Positions 1-12,944 of a stretch of DNA of 64,000 bases are shown here, piece after piece. Origin of the DNA: Macrostomum hystrix. Lineage: Eukaryota > Animalia > Platyhelminthes. The stretch's first letter is position 1. Each line of letters starts with the position of its first letter. Below the pieces are notes generated by a model that worked only from the letters and a program-made list of their open reading frames with translations, had not been told where the DNA came from and searched no databases. The DNA is taken from assembly GCA_950097015.1 (NCBI GenBank), contig CATNEN010000007.1, forward strand, positions 496,001-560,000, read 5' to 3'. The position numbers and the translations under genes are program-made.

Positions 1-665
1 GCAGAGGGAGTGACAGATGGTAGGAGAGTGAGGCAGAGGGAGTGACAGATGGTAGGCGAGTGAGGCAGAGGGAGTGACAGATGGTAGGAGAGTGAGGCAG
101 AGGGAGTGACAGATGGTAGGAGAGTGAGGCAGAGGGAGTGACAGATGGTAGGAGAGTGAGGCAGAGGGAGTGACAGATGGTAGGAGAGTGAGGCAGAGGG
201 AGTGACAGATGGTAGGAGAGTGAGGCAGAGGGAGTGACAGATATGGTGTAGAGTGAATCAGAGGGAGTTAAAGATATGGTGGAGAGTGAGCTAGTGGGAG
301 TGACTGATGGTTGGAGAGTGAGGCAGTAGGAGTGACAGATATGGTGGAGAGTGAGGCAGTGGGAGTGACAGATATGGTGGAGAGTGAGGCAGTGTCAGTG
401 ACAGATATGGTGGAGAGTGAGGCAGAGCGAGTGACAGATATGGTGTAGAGTGAATCAGAGGGAGTTAAAGATATGGTGGAGAGTGAGCTAGTGGGAGTGA
501 CTGATGGTTGGAGAGTGAGGCAGTAGGAGTGACAGATATGGTGGAGAGTGAGGCAGTGGGAGTGACAGATATGGTGGAGAGTGAGGCAGTGTCAGTGACA
601 GATATGGTGGAGAGTGAGGCAGAGCGAGTGACAGATATGGTGGAGAGTGAGGTAGTGGGAGTGGC
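1..665. repeat. GA-rich minisatellite, 32-34 bp unit, with a ~197 bp higher-order repeat in its 3' half
   Basis: Unit gcagagggagtgacagatggtaggagagtgag has a 32 bp period from position 1. The variant block atatggtgtagagtgaatcagaggg occurs at 241 and 438. Confidence 0.95.
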
Positions 666-1465
666 AGAGGGTTAGTAGATTGAGGCTGAGTGAGAGAAAT
701 CAATGGCAGGCATTCATTGATGATGAAGTGATGAGCAGGGACATGCTGTCACAATGTTAAGGCATCCGACCTTCTGCTGATTCGCTCACTGACGCAAACT
801 TGGGACCGCATTTGATCTAGGCATCACAATTAAGGTTCAAGTCAGCACAATGATTCACTCTATTAGCGGAGTGAACGAGCGTTCGATGGTGAGTTGCGGG
901 TCCGCGCATTTACGGTTGCTACGGGACCAGACCATGGAAACAATGCTCGTATTCGGCTATTTACTGAAGACACCTTTGAATTAGCACTTAACCCACGCTC
1001 AGCACAAAGGCGCCACTTAAAGTCCCATTAGTCCACCGACCTGCTGAACTCCTTTGACTGAGCGCTCAAGCTGAGAACACCTTTCTCAAATCATTATTCT
1101 CTTCTTGCATAGCTTTGTTTTTCGCGGCCTCTCTATCCGCTTATTACGCAGTGCCTGTACGTCAGGTGGATCGATGTTGTGCTTGACGCATATTATTTAT
1201 AGGAAATTGTCACTTCGTATAAAAACAAAACTGCTTTAGGGATCAGGGGTGTGAAGTTTGTTCTCATGAGACCAAATGTTGTTTTGCTTGGTGAATCCAT
1301 GAACAACAAGCTGCAACACAATTTCCAATGTTTTTAATCTCCCGTTTGTTATTATCCGGCGCGCGCTATTCAATCAACTGTTGTGTAAAACCATCAGCAA
1401 GTTGCTGAGCTGGACAATTGTGGGACACAATGAGAAATACGAAATCTGCACGCACGCCTCCCCAG

Positions 1466-4400
1466 GTCACACCACTGGGGTCATGGTGTCGATTATGGTT
1501 CACGCCATGAGCTCAATCAACGTCATTAACATGGTGAGTAAGTGCTCCACAAACTCAGCACTGATGTGAATGGACGAGCAAGTCTGTGAAGGATTGAACC
1601 TATTGAAAAATTACTAATTCACTGAGTGTGTTGGAAAATTCCTACTCCAAAACTTACAATCCGTTTCGAGGATCTAGACTGATTGGTAGAGCTTGAGTTT
1701 GTCTTGAGTTAAAATTGTAGCTCGAATATGTCGTTAGCTGCAACAAAATGAAACCAGAAAATATGATTCTTCTCGCGAGTGTCTATGCATCTGTCGTGAC
1801 GCATATCAGTGTTATTTTACTGCATGTCTTTCTTATCATTAGTTGTTGTGCTTCAGTTTTTAGCGTTTGTTTGTTTTGATTTGTGAACTTTGATTCAGGG
1901 CTGAGGGGCAGTGCGGTTATTGCGGTGGCCTGTCCCACCAAGGTCCCTGACTCGATTCCGCAATGAGGCCACATTTATTTCGAGAGCAGCCACGTAGAGA
2001 AGGCTTGGTGGCTTGTCGTGCAACTTACGCTATTGAGGGCCAATCTCCAATGCACAGTGAGAGTGTACACTGTCTGACGATGAGAAAGTCAGGGCAGACG
2101 TACACACCTGTGGCAGTGTGTGCTCAGGAGTCAGCGGAATAAGCAGAATTGCATCCTCACTGTCTGCGGGTCTAGTATCATCAAATGATGTGCTAGTGTC
2201 CACAGCCCTGACTAAACTAAAAGTTTAATAGTTTAAGAAAATGACTGTCCTCGAAGCGCAAAGATTGTCAGTCTGCTTGAGTCTTCTCAAACTGTATTCA
2301 CAGCCTGTAGCAGACTGTTCGGTCTGTCCATATCAATTGAGACTTGCTTTCCTTCTCAGATAAATTTGCTGTTGACATTCTGTCAGCAGAGCAGCCCTTG
2401 CAGTTCAGCTGCCTAGGGCGAAACAGCTGTGAGTCCGCGTAATCTCATTCTGCTCACGTCCGCAGCTTGATTCGATGCAATTCGTTGACAGCACTTCTCG
2501 CCTCAAATCGTGTTCCGTTTCCCGAGCTGTCGACCTCTAAAAAGGATAAGTCAATTTTATTTTGCTAGAAAAAAAATTTGTTGGTCGAAAAAGTTGATTA
2601 CAAAGCTGGAAATATTATGCAATGTGGAAGGAAGGAACATAAAGTTTTCGAATTAGATGGGCGATTCAAACTGGGTACGAGCTATTATCAAATGACGACA
2701 AAGACAAGCACTATTTTTGTCTCATTTTTATCACAAAACTTTAGTGTCATGAAGCATTGGTGTCAGGAAGCATTGGTGTCATGAAGCATTGGTGTCATGG
2801 CACTTTGGTGTCATGGCACTTTGGTGTCATGGCACTTTGGTGTCATGAAACTTTGGTGTCATGGAACTTTGGTGTCATGGCACTTTGGTGTCATGGCACT
2901 TTGGTGTCATGAAACTTTGGTGTCATGGAACTTTGGTGTCATGGCACTTTGGTGTCATGGCACTTTGGTGTCATGAAACTTTGGTGTCATGGAACTTTGG
3001 TGTCATGGAACTTTGGTGTCATGGAACTTTGGTGTCATGGAACTTTGGTGTCATGAAACTTTGGTGTCATGGAACTTTGGTGTCATGGAACTTTGGTGTC
3101 ATGGAACTTTGGTGTCATGGAACTTTGGTGTCATGGAACTTTGGTGTCATGGCACTTTGGTGTCATGAAACTTTGGTGTCATGGAGCTTTGGTGTCATGG
3201 CACTTTGGTGTCATGGCACTTTGGTGTCATGGAACTTTGGTTTGAAAACAAAGAAACAAATATGCTATGTCTACGAGTAAATTAGCATTCCACTTCGCAG
3301 ACGAATGATTATTGCGAACGGAGGAGTAAGGGAGGTTCCTGGAGGTCCGCTGAGGGCTGGATGGGCATCATACTATGCCGCCCACTATTCTTCATGCTTG
3401 GTCGAGCGTGCTGTTCATTTCTTCTATTATTCAGTTTCTGAATAGCTTGACGAACCAAAGTTTGCATGCGTGTGTGGGCATGTGGTGTTGCTGGTGCGGC
3501 GCAAGGGTCGGCATTAGATATTCGGCGCTGACTATTTATGGCCCCCCAACCACACTAAGCATTAATCTGGGATTCGACCTTCGTGTAAGAAATTTTACCT
3601 GCACAGGAGAAGAGGAATGAGTTTGTCATCCTCCTCCCCAACACGCAGCATCTGCAGCTTACTGTCTACAGCTAATGATGCCAAATAAGCTGCATAGTGG
3701 ACCATATCATCTCGTGAAGCATGGGTGTCTCAGGTGGCCTTCCCATAGAAGCACCCAATTAGCAGCCAATCTACCGCTCACTGAAGATAAACTTGGGATA
3801 ATGAAGGTTGGTCTGTTTTTCCCGGCGCAGTAGTCAGATGAATTTTTTTCATAAATTTTGCTTTCGAGCCCTCAGTTTTAGTGAGGCTCTGACAGGATCC
3901 ATGTAATCGGACTTTCATCGCGATAAAATTGAAGTCGGGGTGTTTTAATTTCCTGAAATTTTGCTTTGAATCTTACCAGCACTTGGGACTTACTCTCGCC
4001 TATGCGTGTGTTAATAACGAGTATAATTTGATAGAAAAACTGTTTTTGTCACTTTTTAATTATCATCAGGAGAGTCAAGGGGATAGAGGTGTGAGCTGGA
4101 GCCACTTAGTTTTCACCTTAGCTCACACATTGATCAGTTTATACAAACTCAGATGAAGATTTTAACGTACCTGCTTGAGGCTTTTTGGTCTAGTATAAAG
4201 GCGAATAACAGTTGGTAAAGTACATCGCTTAAGTGCGCCAACCTCCATACACCTGCCACAGAGCTACTCAGTGAACATGTTCCTCACCTCCATACACCTG
4301 CCACAGAGCTACTCAGTGAACATGTTCCTCACCTCCATACACCTGCCACAGAGCTACTCAGTGAACATGTTCCTCACCTCCATACACCTGCCACAGAGCT

Positions 4401-7400
4401 ACTCAGCGAACATGTTCCTCACCTCCATACACCTGCCACAGGACTACTCAGTGAACATGTTCCTCACCTCCATACACCTGCCACAGAGCTACTCAGTGAA
4501 CATGTTCCTCACCTCCATACACCTGCCACAGAGCTACTCAGTGAACATGTTCCTCACCTCCATACACCTGCCACAGAGCTACTCAGTGAACATGTTCCTC
4601 ACCTCCATACACCTGCCACAGGACTACTCAGTGAACATGTTCCTCACCTCCATACACCTGCCACAGAGCTACTCAGTGAACATGTTCCTCACCTCCATAC
4701 ACCTGCCACAGAGCTACTCAGTGAACATGTTCCTCACCTCCATACACCTGCCACAGAGCTACTCAGTGAACATGTTCCTCACCTCCATACACCTGCCACA
4801 GGACTACTCAGTGAACATGTTCCTCACCTCCATACACCTGCCACAGAGCTACTCAGTGAACATGTTCCTCACCTCCATACACCTGCCACAGAGCTACTCA
4901 GTGAACATGTTCCTCACCTCCATACACCTGCCACAGAGCTACTCAGTGAACATGTTCCTCACCTCCATACACCTGCCACAGAGCTACTCAGTGAACATGT
5001 TCCTCACCTCCATACACCTGCCACAGAGCTACTCAGTGAACATGTTCCTCACATCCATACACCTGCCACAGGACTACTCAGTGAACATGTTCCTCACCTC
5101 CATACACCTGCCACAGAGCTACTCAGTGAACATGTTCCTCACATCCATACACCTGCCACAGGACTACTCAGTGAACATGTTCCTCACCTCCATACACCTG
5201 CCACAGAGCTACTCAGTGAACATGTTCCTCACATCCATACACCTGCCACAGGACTACTCAGTGAACATGTTCCTCACCTCCATACACCTGCCACAGGACT
5301 ACTCAGTGAACATGTTCCTCACATCCATACACCTGCCACAGGACTACTCAGTGAACATGTTCCTCACCTCCATACACCTGCCACAGAGCTACTCAGTGAA
5401 CATGTTCCTCACATCCATACACCTGCCACAGGACTACTCAGTGAACATGTTCCTCACATCCATACACCTGCCACAGGACTACTCAGTGAACATGTTCCTC
5501 ACCTCCATACCCCTGCCACAGGACTACTCAGTGAACATGTTCCTCACATCCATACACCTGCCACAGGACTACTCAGTTAACATGTTCCTCACATCCATAC
5601 ACCTGCCACAGGACTACTCAGTGAACATGTTCCTCACCTCCATACCCCTGCCACAGGACTACTCAGTTAACGTGTTCCTCACCTCCATACACCTGCCACA
5701 GGACTACTCAGTGAACATGTTCCTCAGGCAGTACTGGAACGACACCCGATTGGCCTACAAGCACCGCGGCTACAACCAGTCCCTGACCCTGAACTCCAAG
5801 AAGTCCGACCTCTGGGTGCCGGATCTATACTTCATCAACGAGAAGGAGGGCTCGTTTCACGAGATTACAACACCGAATCTGCTGCTGAGAGTGGACCCGC
5901 TCGGTCAGGTCACCTTCAGCCAGAAGTGAGTCCATCAAATTGGTTGCCAGGGAGATTATTAGAATATTTATAGGGGCTGTGAGCACTGACATACCATTTG
6001 ACGACAGCTAACTGCTCACAGCACACTCACACAGGTGTGCAAATCTGCCACAGACTTTTTAATATTCACGCAGTACAGTAAGAGTATAAATGTTCGATCA
6101 CGGTGAGTGAGTGGGAGCCTACAGTCGCGGTGAGTATATGGAAATTCATCTTGCTACTATATAGAAAAGCGAGGTCCACTTCTTATTTAAGTGTACTGGG
6201 AATCGGTACAGAACAGCCCGTTCAAATTTCGATTTTAATTTCACTTTCAATTTAAATTTCGACTGAAGAAGACAAACCAAATTGTTTAATGGCACAAGTA
6301 TAAAGTCAAGTTATACAAATGTATAACAAAGATATCTATCACTAGATATCTGTCCTGAGGCCTAGATAGTCATGCAACAATTTATTAACGCAAGTTGCTC
6401 AAATGCATGAACAATTACAAACGTATTTACATGCGTCAAATTATATCAATATTTTTTTTCTTAAAATGATATTTTTGTTTATTTCAGAATCACCGTCAAA
6501 CTGTCGTGCAACATGAATTTGAAAAAGTTTCCAATGGACCAACAGAAATGTCACGTCAAGATGGAGAGCTGTGAGTTTTTACTGAGATTTAGCCGTATCC
6601 GTGTGCAAAACAAAGCCAAGGATTAGGGATCCTCTGTGAAAACATTGTTAATCTCTTTTAAAAAGCTGCCTTGACTTGACATCAAATGCGGCTTGCAATG
6701 AGGCCGTTCTAATCGAGGCGTTTGTCAGGTGTTTCCTGGCAAGGCAATCCTCGCTAATATCCTCCGATTACCTCGCAGTTTGTCCACTTCGCACTGGCTG
6801 AATGCGTAAATAGAGAAACAGACATTGTGGGCAATGGTGGCGACAGTCATTCGGCTGACTGACGGATGAAGGGTGGGGTGGATGAAGGGTGGGGTGGATG
6901 TAGGGCTGGGTGGATAGTCTGTTGGGTATTACTGAATATAGATGGGATGTAAATTTTTACCTTTTAATTAGTTAAGGAATTGCCGGATTAAATTAAATAA
7001 TGTATGAAGTTCTGGGCCCACAAGGAATTATTCCGATGAAAATTACTCGAGGAAGAAGTAGATCCAATGCAAAACTGGTGAGCATACAGATTGAGATATC
7101 GATGGAGACACATTAGTATACAGGTCCTAATTCCTGCATGCAGTGATGGTCTCACACCATCAGAGCACAGATTCCAGCAAGTCTCTCAAACAACTCTGGC
7201 CCGCTGAAGTCAGCCAAAGCTGAAAAAATTTGCTTTGCAAAATAAATTAGCCAGGGCTGTGAAGCAGAAAATTTGTCATTAACCTATCTGGCCCTGCCTT
7301 CGGCCTGAAGTGCTTCTGCTGAAGCGCCAAGGCTTCCACAGCGTCCCTCTCAGCCCTGCATCGGGGAAGAAGAAGAAGCAGATAATTCGCTTCCCCAATC

Positions 7401-10400
7401 GTCTTCCATATTTCCCAAATGAGAAACTGATCCGGCCACAATTTTCCCATCTCCCATCCCGCATCAGAGAGAGCCCGCAGCGGATCCACTGGGGAGTTGA
7501 TTAGCGAATCGTTTAGTGGTTTTCTGCTGTCCGAGAAGCCGCTACAGGAGACACCTGATGATATTTCTGTGCAGCTCTAATGTTCCTCACTTTCCCAGGG
7601 ACTTATTTTCATCACGTGCTCATTGCGAAGATTTTTCTGTCAACTGAGAGGCAAATATTTTCCTGTTATTTTCTAATAATGCAACACAGTGATATGAGTC
7701 TCACTGAGTCAGAAAACTCGAATGAGCACTCTGTGATTTGCTCTGAGTGCAATTATTCAAGTTTTTACAGACAGTAATATTCAAGGCTTCGAGTAGGTTG
7801 TTTTGCCCACGGGTAAAGCGTCAGACTCATGGGAGTTCGATTCCTGACTCCACAGGAACAATGTGGCCGTTAGCAAGACACTTACGTCGTGGCTCTGCAT
7901 TGCTGTAGTTCACCCAGCTGTTAAATGGGTTCCAGCATCAGCTGGGGTAATTGAGGGTGGGTGCAGCGTCCCTTTAGTCCATGGACTGAGAAGCCGTACG
8001 CAGCTTTCAGATGCGCCGCGCATCCCCCAGTCCACGGACCACGATGCTGCCCCAGCTTCTACTGAGAATTAACAGCTGAAGTAGAACGGAAGCAGTTGGG
8101 AGTTTTGATAACGAAAAATTTTTTCCCCTACGCTAAGTTTCGAACTCCCGACCTCACGGTTGAACCGCAACCGCAGATGGCTACACAACGAAGGAGCTGA
8201 TGTTCGAATGGGTGGCTAAGCAAGAAGAGAGGGTTCAGTTCAGCGAAGACCTCCAGCTGCCTGAGTTCGAGACACCGCCAAACATCACCACGGAGACTCG
8301 GGTGGTCAACTACCTGACAGGTGGGCTGGGCAAGAATAATTGACGAACACAAATGCACAGTTATGAATGACATGTATGGCGGATCAAAGACTTTGGCGTC
8401 TCTTCTTGTCTCATCTCACCCTTGTCTCATCTCACCCTTGTCTTATCTCTACGTGTCTCATCTCTCCGTGTCTCATCTCTCCGCGTCTTATCTCTCCCGT
8501 GTCTCATCTCACCTTTGTCTCATCTCTCCACGTCTCATCTCTCCGCGTCTGATCTCTCCCGTGTCTGATCTCTCCATGTGTCTAATCTCTCCCGTGTCTC
8601 ATCTCTCCCATGTCTCATCTCTCCCATGTCTCATCTCTCCCGTGTCTCATCTCTCCCATGTCTCATCTCTCCCGTGTCTCATCTCTCCCGTGTCTCACAA
8701 GAAAGAAGAAAGGCGAAGCTGGTTCCTGTTTCTGGAGCCGTCACCGCACACACACCACAATACACATAGCAATATATGCTGAGCGAGCCATATCAAGAAA
8801 GCGAACATCCCGCCATATTTCAGGATCCTACTCCTATCTGATAGCGACCTTCGATCTGAACAGAAAGTCCGGGTTCTACCTCATCCAGACTTACATCCCC
8901 AGCATTCTCATCGTCATCCTGAGCTGGGTGTCATTCTGGATTGACGTCAAAGCTGTGCCGGCCAGGATCAGTCTAGGACTGCTCACGGTGCTGAGTATGA
9001 CAACTCAGAGCTCAGGAGCGTTGGGTCAACTGCCCCGAGTGTCCTACATCAAAGTGAGATTCTTTGCCTGCTTCGTGATTGTTGTATGTAACAGCCTCAG
9101 GAGGGATTGCAGGCTGTACCAGATTCAGGGGGGATTGCAGGCTGTACCAGATTCAGGGGGGATTGCAGGCTGTACCAGATTCAGGGGGGATTGCAGGCTG
9201 TACCAGATTCAGGGGGGATTGCAGGCTGTACCAGATTCAGGAGGGAGTTTCTGCGGTCAAGAGCCATTTTATGCTACCAAAAATTTTGCGAGATCGCGAT
9301 TCGTTTACAAAAAAAATCTAGCTCGATTGACAAAGTCATGCAGCCAGGGGGACTCGCAGTCGGTAATTTAATTGTCAGGACTGCCAACCCGTATCTCCCG
9401 CTGGCTTTTTAATTCATCATCTTCACTGCTCTTTGACGACGCATCGAGAAGCTGAATTGCGTCTTGTTTGACGGGATAAAACAATGGATAAATTGATTTG
9501 GAGTCCGCCTGGACACCGTTTATCCCGACAGGATAATTTCCCTTTCACATACGCACACGCACTCACACACACAAACACTCACACTCACGCACTCACACTC
9601 ACACACTCAGACGCACTCACACACTTTGTGCTTGACAACCGTTCAGTATTCTTCAATTCATTTTCTTTCGCCAGCAAGAAGTCACGCAATTCTCTAATGC
9701 TTCGCCCAGCAAATTCATCAGCTGGAATTATTAGTTGGATTGCTGCTGCAGTGAGCTATTCTCAGTTGAGTAGTCTCACTCTCTCCCTAGCTCTCAGGGT
9801 CTCAACGGCGCTCTTAAATCCAATCTATCGCTGCTCTCAGGGCAATCAAATCAATGCTGAGTGCAGTGAGACGGCCCCCGCGGGTCGCTGGGTCGATCCC
9901 TGGATTCAAAGACAACTGCATAGGCAACACGTTTTCTGCCCTGCCACGCTGTGAAACGAATCACACAGGCAAATTTCTCTTTCCTGCCAGCCTGTCATTT
10001 GGCGTCAAATTATTTGCGCCAAACGAAATAAATATTAGAGCTGACACTGTTGGCCTTGTACAACTGTTCAGTCCATGGACTGGGGACTGGGCGGCCGCCA
10101 CACATACCCGAGTTTCTACATCAGCTGATGTGGGCACTCATTTAAGCGCTGGGTGAACCGAAGCACTAAGGGCGTTGAGAGTCTTGATCAATCATAATCC
10201 ATAAACTCACCAATGCCTGGATAGGACTATCAATCAGCTAATTAATCTATCTGTCGATCATCCATTACATCCATCACCCATCACCAGTCCATCAGTCAAT
10301 CAATACATCAATCAATCAGTCGATCAATCAACCAGTCCATCAATCAACTAGTCCACCAATCAATCAGTCCATCAATCAATCAGTCCATCAATCAACTAGT

Positions 10401-12749
10401 CCATCAATCAATCAGTCCATCAATCAACCAGTCCATCAATCAATCAGTCCATCAATCAATCAGTCCATCAATCAACCAAAGCTTGGCAGCAGTTGCAGGC
10501 TGCTCCATCACTTCACAAGCAGGCGCCCTTGAATATTCATTGCATTCGCCCAGTTTAACTAGCGGTGTGCACACAGTGGTCGGGACGCTGATCCCAAACA
10601 GACCTGGGGGTGGGGTGGGGGGGGGAAGAATGAGATGCTCTGTAAAGATGGCGGCTGGGGGAAAAAGAGACGGGAATAAAAACTGGTTCCGTTGGAGTAG
10701 TTTACTTTCTAATATTTATCCTGGGATTTGCCGCTCCCTGCTCACAAGTAAAGTGCAGCTGGATGCGGTGGGCGCCAAGATGAGGCAAAATAAATTGCAT
10801 CTTAAACATTTCAAACGGTTGTCAGCTTCAAACTATGCTGCTCATCCGATGATCAAGCATCAGCTGATGCTAAACTGGCACCGCTCTTCTTGCTCTAACA
10901 TCCCGAATCCCTCACACAACCAACACAGACATTGTACCCTTATACCTCTGTAGACTACCCACATACTACAGGCATCACTAAACATTACAGTACGTCATAA
11001 AATATGAAACACATCACTAAATAGGACACACATTAGTAAACATGACAGACGTCACTAAATAGGACACACATCAGTAAACATGACAGACGTCACTAAATAG
11101 GACACACATCAGTAAACATGACAGACGTCACTAAAAAGGACACACATCAGTAAACATGACAGACGTCACTAAATAGGACACACATCAGTAAACATGACAG
11201 ACGTCACTAAATAGGACACACATCAGTAAACATGACAGACGTCACTAAAGAGGACACACATCAGTAAACATGAAAGACGTCACTAAACAGGACACACATC
11301 AGTAAACATGACAGACGTCACTAAATAGGACACACATCAGTAAACATGACAGACGTCACTAAATAGGACACACATCAGTAAACATGACAGACGTCACTAA
11401 ATTGGACACACATCAGTAAACATGACAGACGTCACTAAAGAGGACACACATCAGTAAACATGACAGACGTCACTAAACAGGACACACATCAGTAAACATG
11501 ACAGACGTCACTAAATAGGACACACATCAGTAAAAACTACAGACAACACTAAATAGGACACACATCAGTAAACATTACAGACGTCACTAAATTGGACACA
11601 CATCAGTAAACATTACAGACGTCACTAAATTGGACACACATCAGTAAACATTACAGACGTCACTAAATAGGACACACATCAGTAAACATTACAGACGTCA
11701 CTAAATAGGACACACATCACGAACATGACGGACGGCACTGATTAGTAAAGACATCCTTCTCATGTCAAATACTGCAGGCATTTTAGTTTAGTTAGGTCAA
11801 ACACCTTTCCATCACTCCAGGCCATAGACGTGTGGATGTCCACGTGCCTGGTGTTCGTGTTTGGAGCCCTGATCGAGTACGCGATCGCCAACGTGCTGGC
11901 CAGGCGGCAGAGCGCCCTGGAGCACTGGGAGGAGCTGCGGGCCATTCTGGACAGTCAGCGGGCTGCGACCAGGAACGGAGCTGTGCCAGGTGATCAGGTG
12001 AGTGGGGATATGGGGATCAGGTGAGTGGGGATATGGGGATCAGGTGAGTGGGGATCTGGGGATTAAGTGAGAGGGAATATGGGGATCAGGTGAGTGGGGA
12101 TATGGGGATCAAGTGAGTGGGGATATGGGGATCAGGTGAGTGGGGATATGTTGATCAACAAGTCATAAAGGTGCGCCTTTCGTCACAGATAACTTTTATT
12201 TTATAGCAGTGAACAATGATCTCAATCACTTATCAGTCCACCTCAGCAACGGAGTCCATTCCGCTGACTTTTGTCAACCGTCGGGCAGCAGGACCAGCAG
12301 CAGCACCAGGAGCAGCAGCAGCAGCAGCAGCTACGTCTGGGATCTCATCGTCCTTTGGGCACTCGTTGGCCTCCAAAGCGGAGATGTCTGAGAGCGCCGA
12401 GGACAGCACTTGCAGCTACGGTTACATCAGACAGCGGCTGGCTCAGGCCGAAGCTAGGAGCTGCCACCGGCAACAGCAGCAGCAGTCGCAGGTTCAGCAG
12501 CGCCGAAGACTGGAGCCGGGGCGCGAGCATCTGCGGATCCACTCCGTTCAGGGTGCAGCTCGGCTGGAGTCAAACATCAGCGCCAGCCGCGAGGATGACG
12601 ACAACAACGACGAGGAAGAAGAAGACGACGAGGATGAGGAGCTGATAAGCAGTGCCGAGATGATCGACAGAATCTCCCGCGTCGCTTTTCCCATCTCGTT
12701 TGCCATGTTCAACCTGGGCTATTGGGTCTACTTATATCTACATAGCTGA
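1466..12749 (+). CDS. Cys-loop ligand-gated anion channel subunit (glycine/GABA/GluCl-like); 5' exons not located
   Basis: Exons with GT-AG borders and consistent phases: 1466-1533 (68 bp), 5702-5925 (224 bp, FLRQYWND...WVPDLYFINE), 6488-6570 (83 bp, Cys-loop CNMNLKKFPMDQQKC), 8177-8320 (YGYT...LPEF), 8824-9053 (TM1-TM2, YIPSILIVILSWVSFW, PARISLGLLTVLSMTTQS), 11821-11997 (TM3), 12237-12749 (loop + TM4 IDRISRVAFPISFAMFNLGYW). The 68/224/83 bp sizes match those I recall for vertebrate GLRA genes. The PAR motif indicates anion selectivity. Confidence 0.93.
1895..2215 (+). mobile_element. tRNA-headed SINE-like repeat, family A
   Basis: B-box-like ctcgattcc head and shared body blocks (ggcttgtcgtgcaa, gatgagaaagtcagg, ctcaggagtcagc, aaatgatgtg). 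Related copies at ~21300, ~23060, ~24770, ~29330. Confidence 0.6.
2747..3240. repeat. 16 bp minisatellite (ttggtgtcatgg[a/c]act), about 30 copies
   Basis: Direct 16 bp periodicity; explains ORF 2861-3280. Confidence 0.97.
4241..5725 (+). repeat. 45 bp tandem array, 33 copies, spanning a 3' splice site and the first 8 codons of the 224 bp exon
   Basis: Unit acctccatacacctgccacag|gactactcagtgaacatgttcctc starts at 4241 + 45n; the last copy starts at 5681 and runs into the true exon (DYSVNMFL-RQYWND). Confidence 0.97.
7790..8075 (+). mobile_element. tRNA-headed SINE-like repeat, family B
   Basis: gggagttcgattcc B-box; central ttcacccagctgttaaatggg; gctggggtaatt; agtccatggactg. Related copies at ~10060 (-), ~23870 (-), ~38354 (-), ~50100 (+). 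Confidence 0.6.
8405..8697. repeat. 16 bp pyrimidine-rich minisatellite (tgtctcatctctcccR)
   Basis: Direct periodicity; generates the overlapping SHLS/CLISP junk ORFs. Confidence 0.95.
9100..9243. repeat. 28 bp tandem repeat (ggggggattgcaggctgtaccagattca), about 5 copies
   Basis: Direct periodicity just downstream of the TM1-TM2 exon donor. Confidence 0.95.
10255..10478. repeat. (caat)n / cagtccatcaat compound microsatellite
   Basis: Visible caat/cagtccat periodicity. Confidence 0.9.
11010..11722. repeat. 38 bp minisatellite (gtcactaaataggacacacatcagtaaacatgacagac), about 18 copies
   Basis: Direct periodicity; intronic. Confidence 0.96.
11992..12152 (+). repeat. 23 bp tandem repeat, 7 copies, spanning the 5' splice site of the TM3 exon
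   Basis: Unit gatcag|gtgagtggggatatggg at 11992, 12015, 12038, 12061, 12084, 12107, 12130. Confidence 0.95.
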
Positions 12750-12944
12750 GTAGTTGCTTCGCTGCCCGCTTGAAAACTGTCTCTTTGTATGGCTTATTTT
12801 TTTCGTGGAAAGATTGCACAACTGATCGGACTAACATAATATTAAGACAGTGTACTCACGATAAGGCGTTGATTGGAAACCAAGGTATCCGGAATCTGGG
12901 GTCGGCAAATTTAACATTATGTACCTCGGGGGACCGGGCGCGAG

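Noticed and set aside
750-1200. Missing 5' exons of the Cys-loop gene
   Set aside because: No YDxxxRP-type motif or convincing in-phase exon found; they probably lie upstream of the window.
2070-2100. Hammerhead ribozyme in SINE family A (ctgacga; ctgatga at ~21473 and ~24785)
   Set aside because: No GAAA after a stem II and no NUH/stem III arrangement; the motif is part of a simple ctgac/gtcag hairpin.
4271-5929. 552-aa repeat protein ORF as a standalone gene
   Set aside because: It is the 45-bp array read through into a genuine internal exon of the Cys-loop gene, with no independent gene context.
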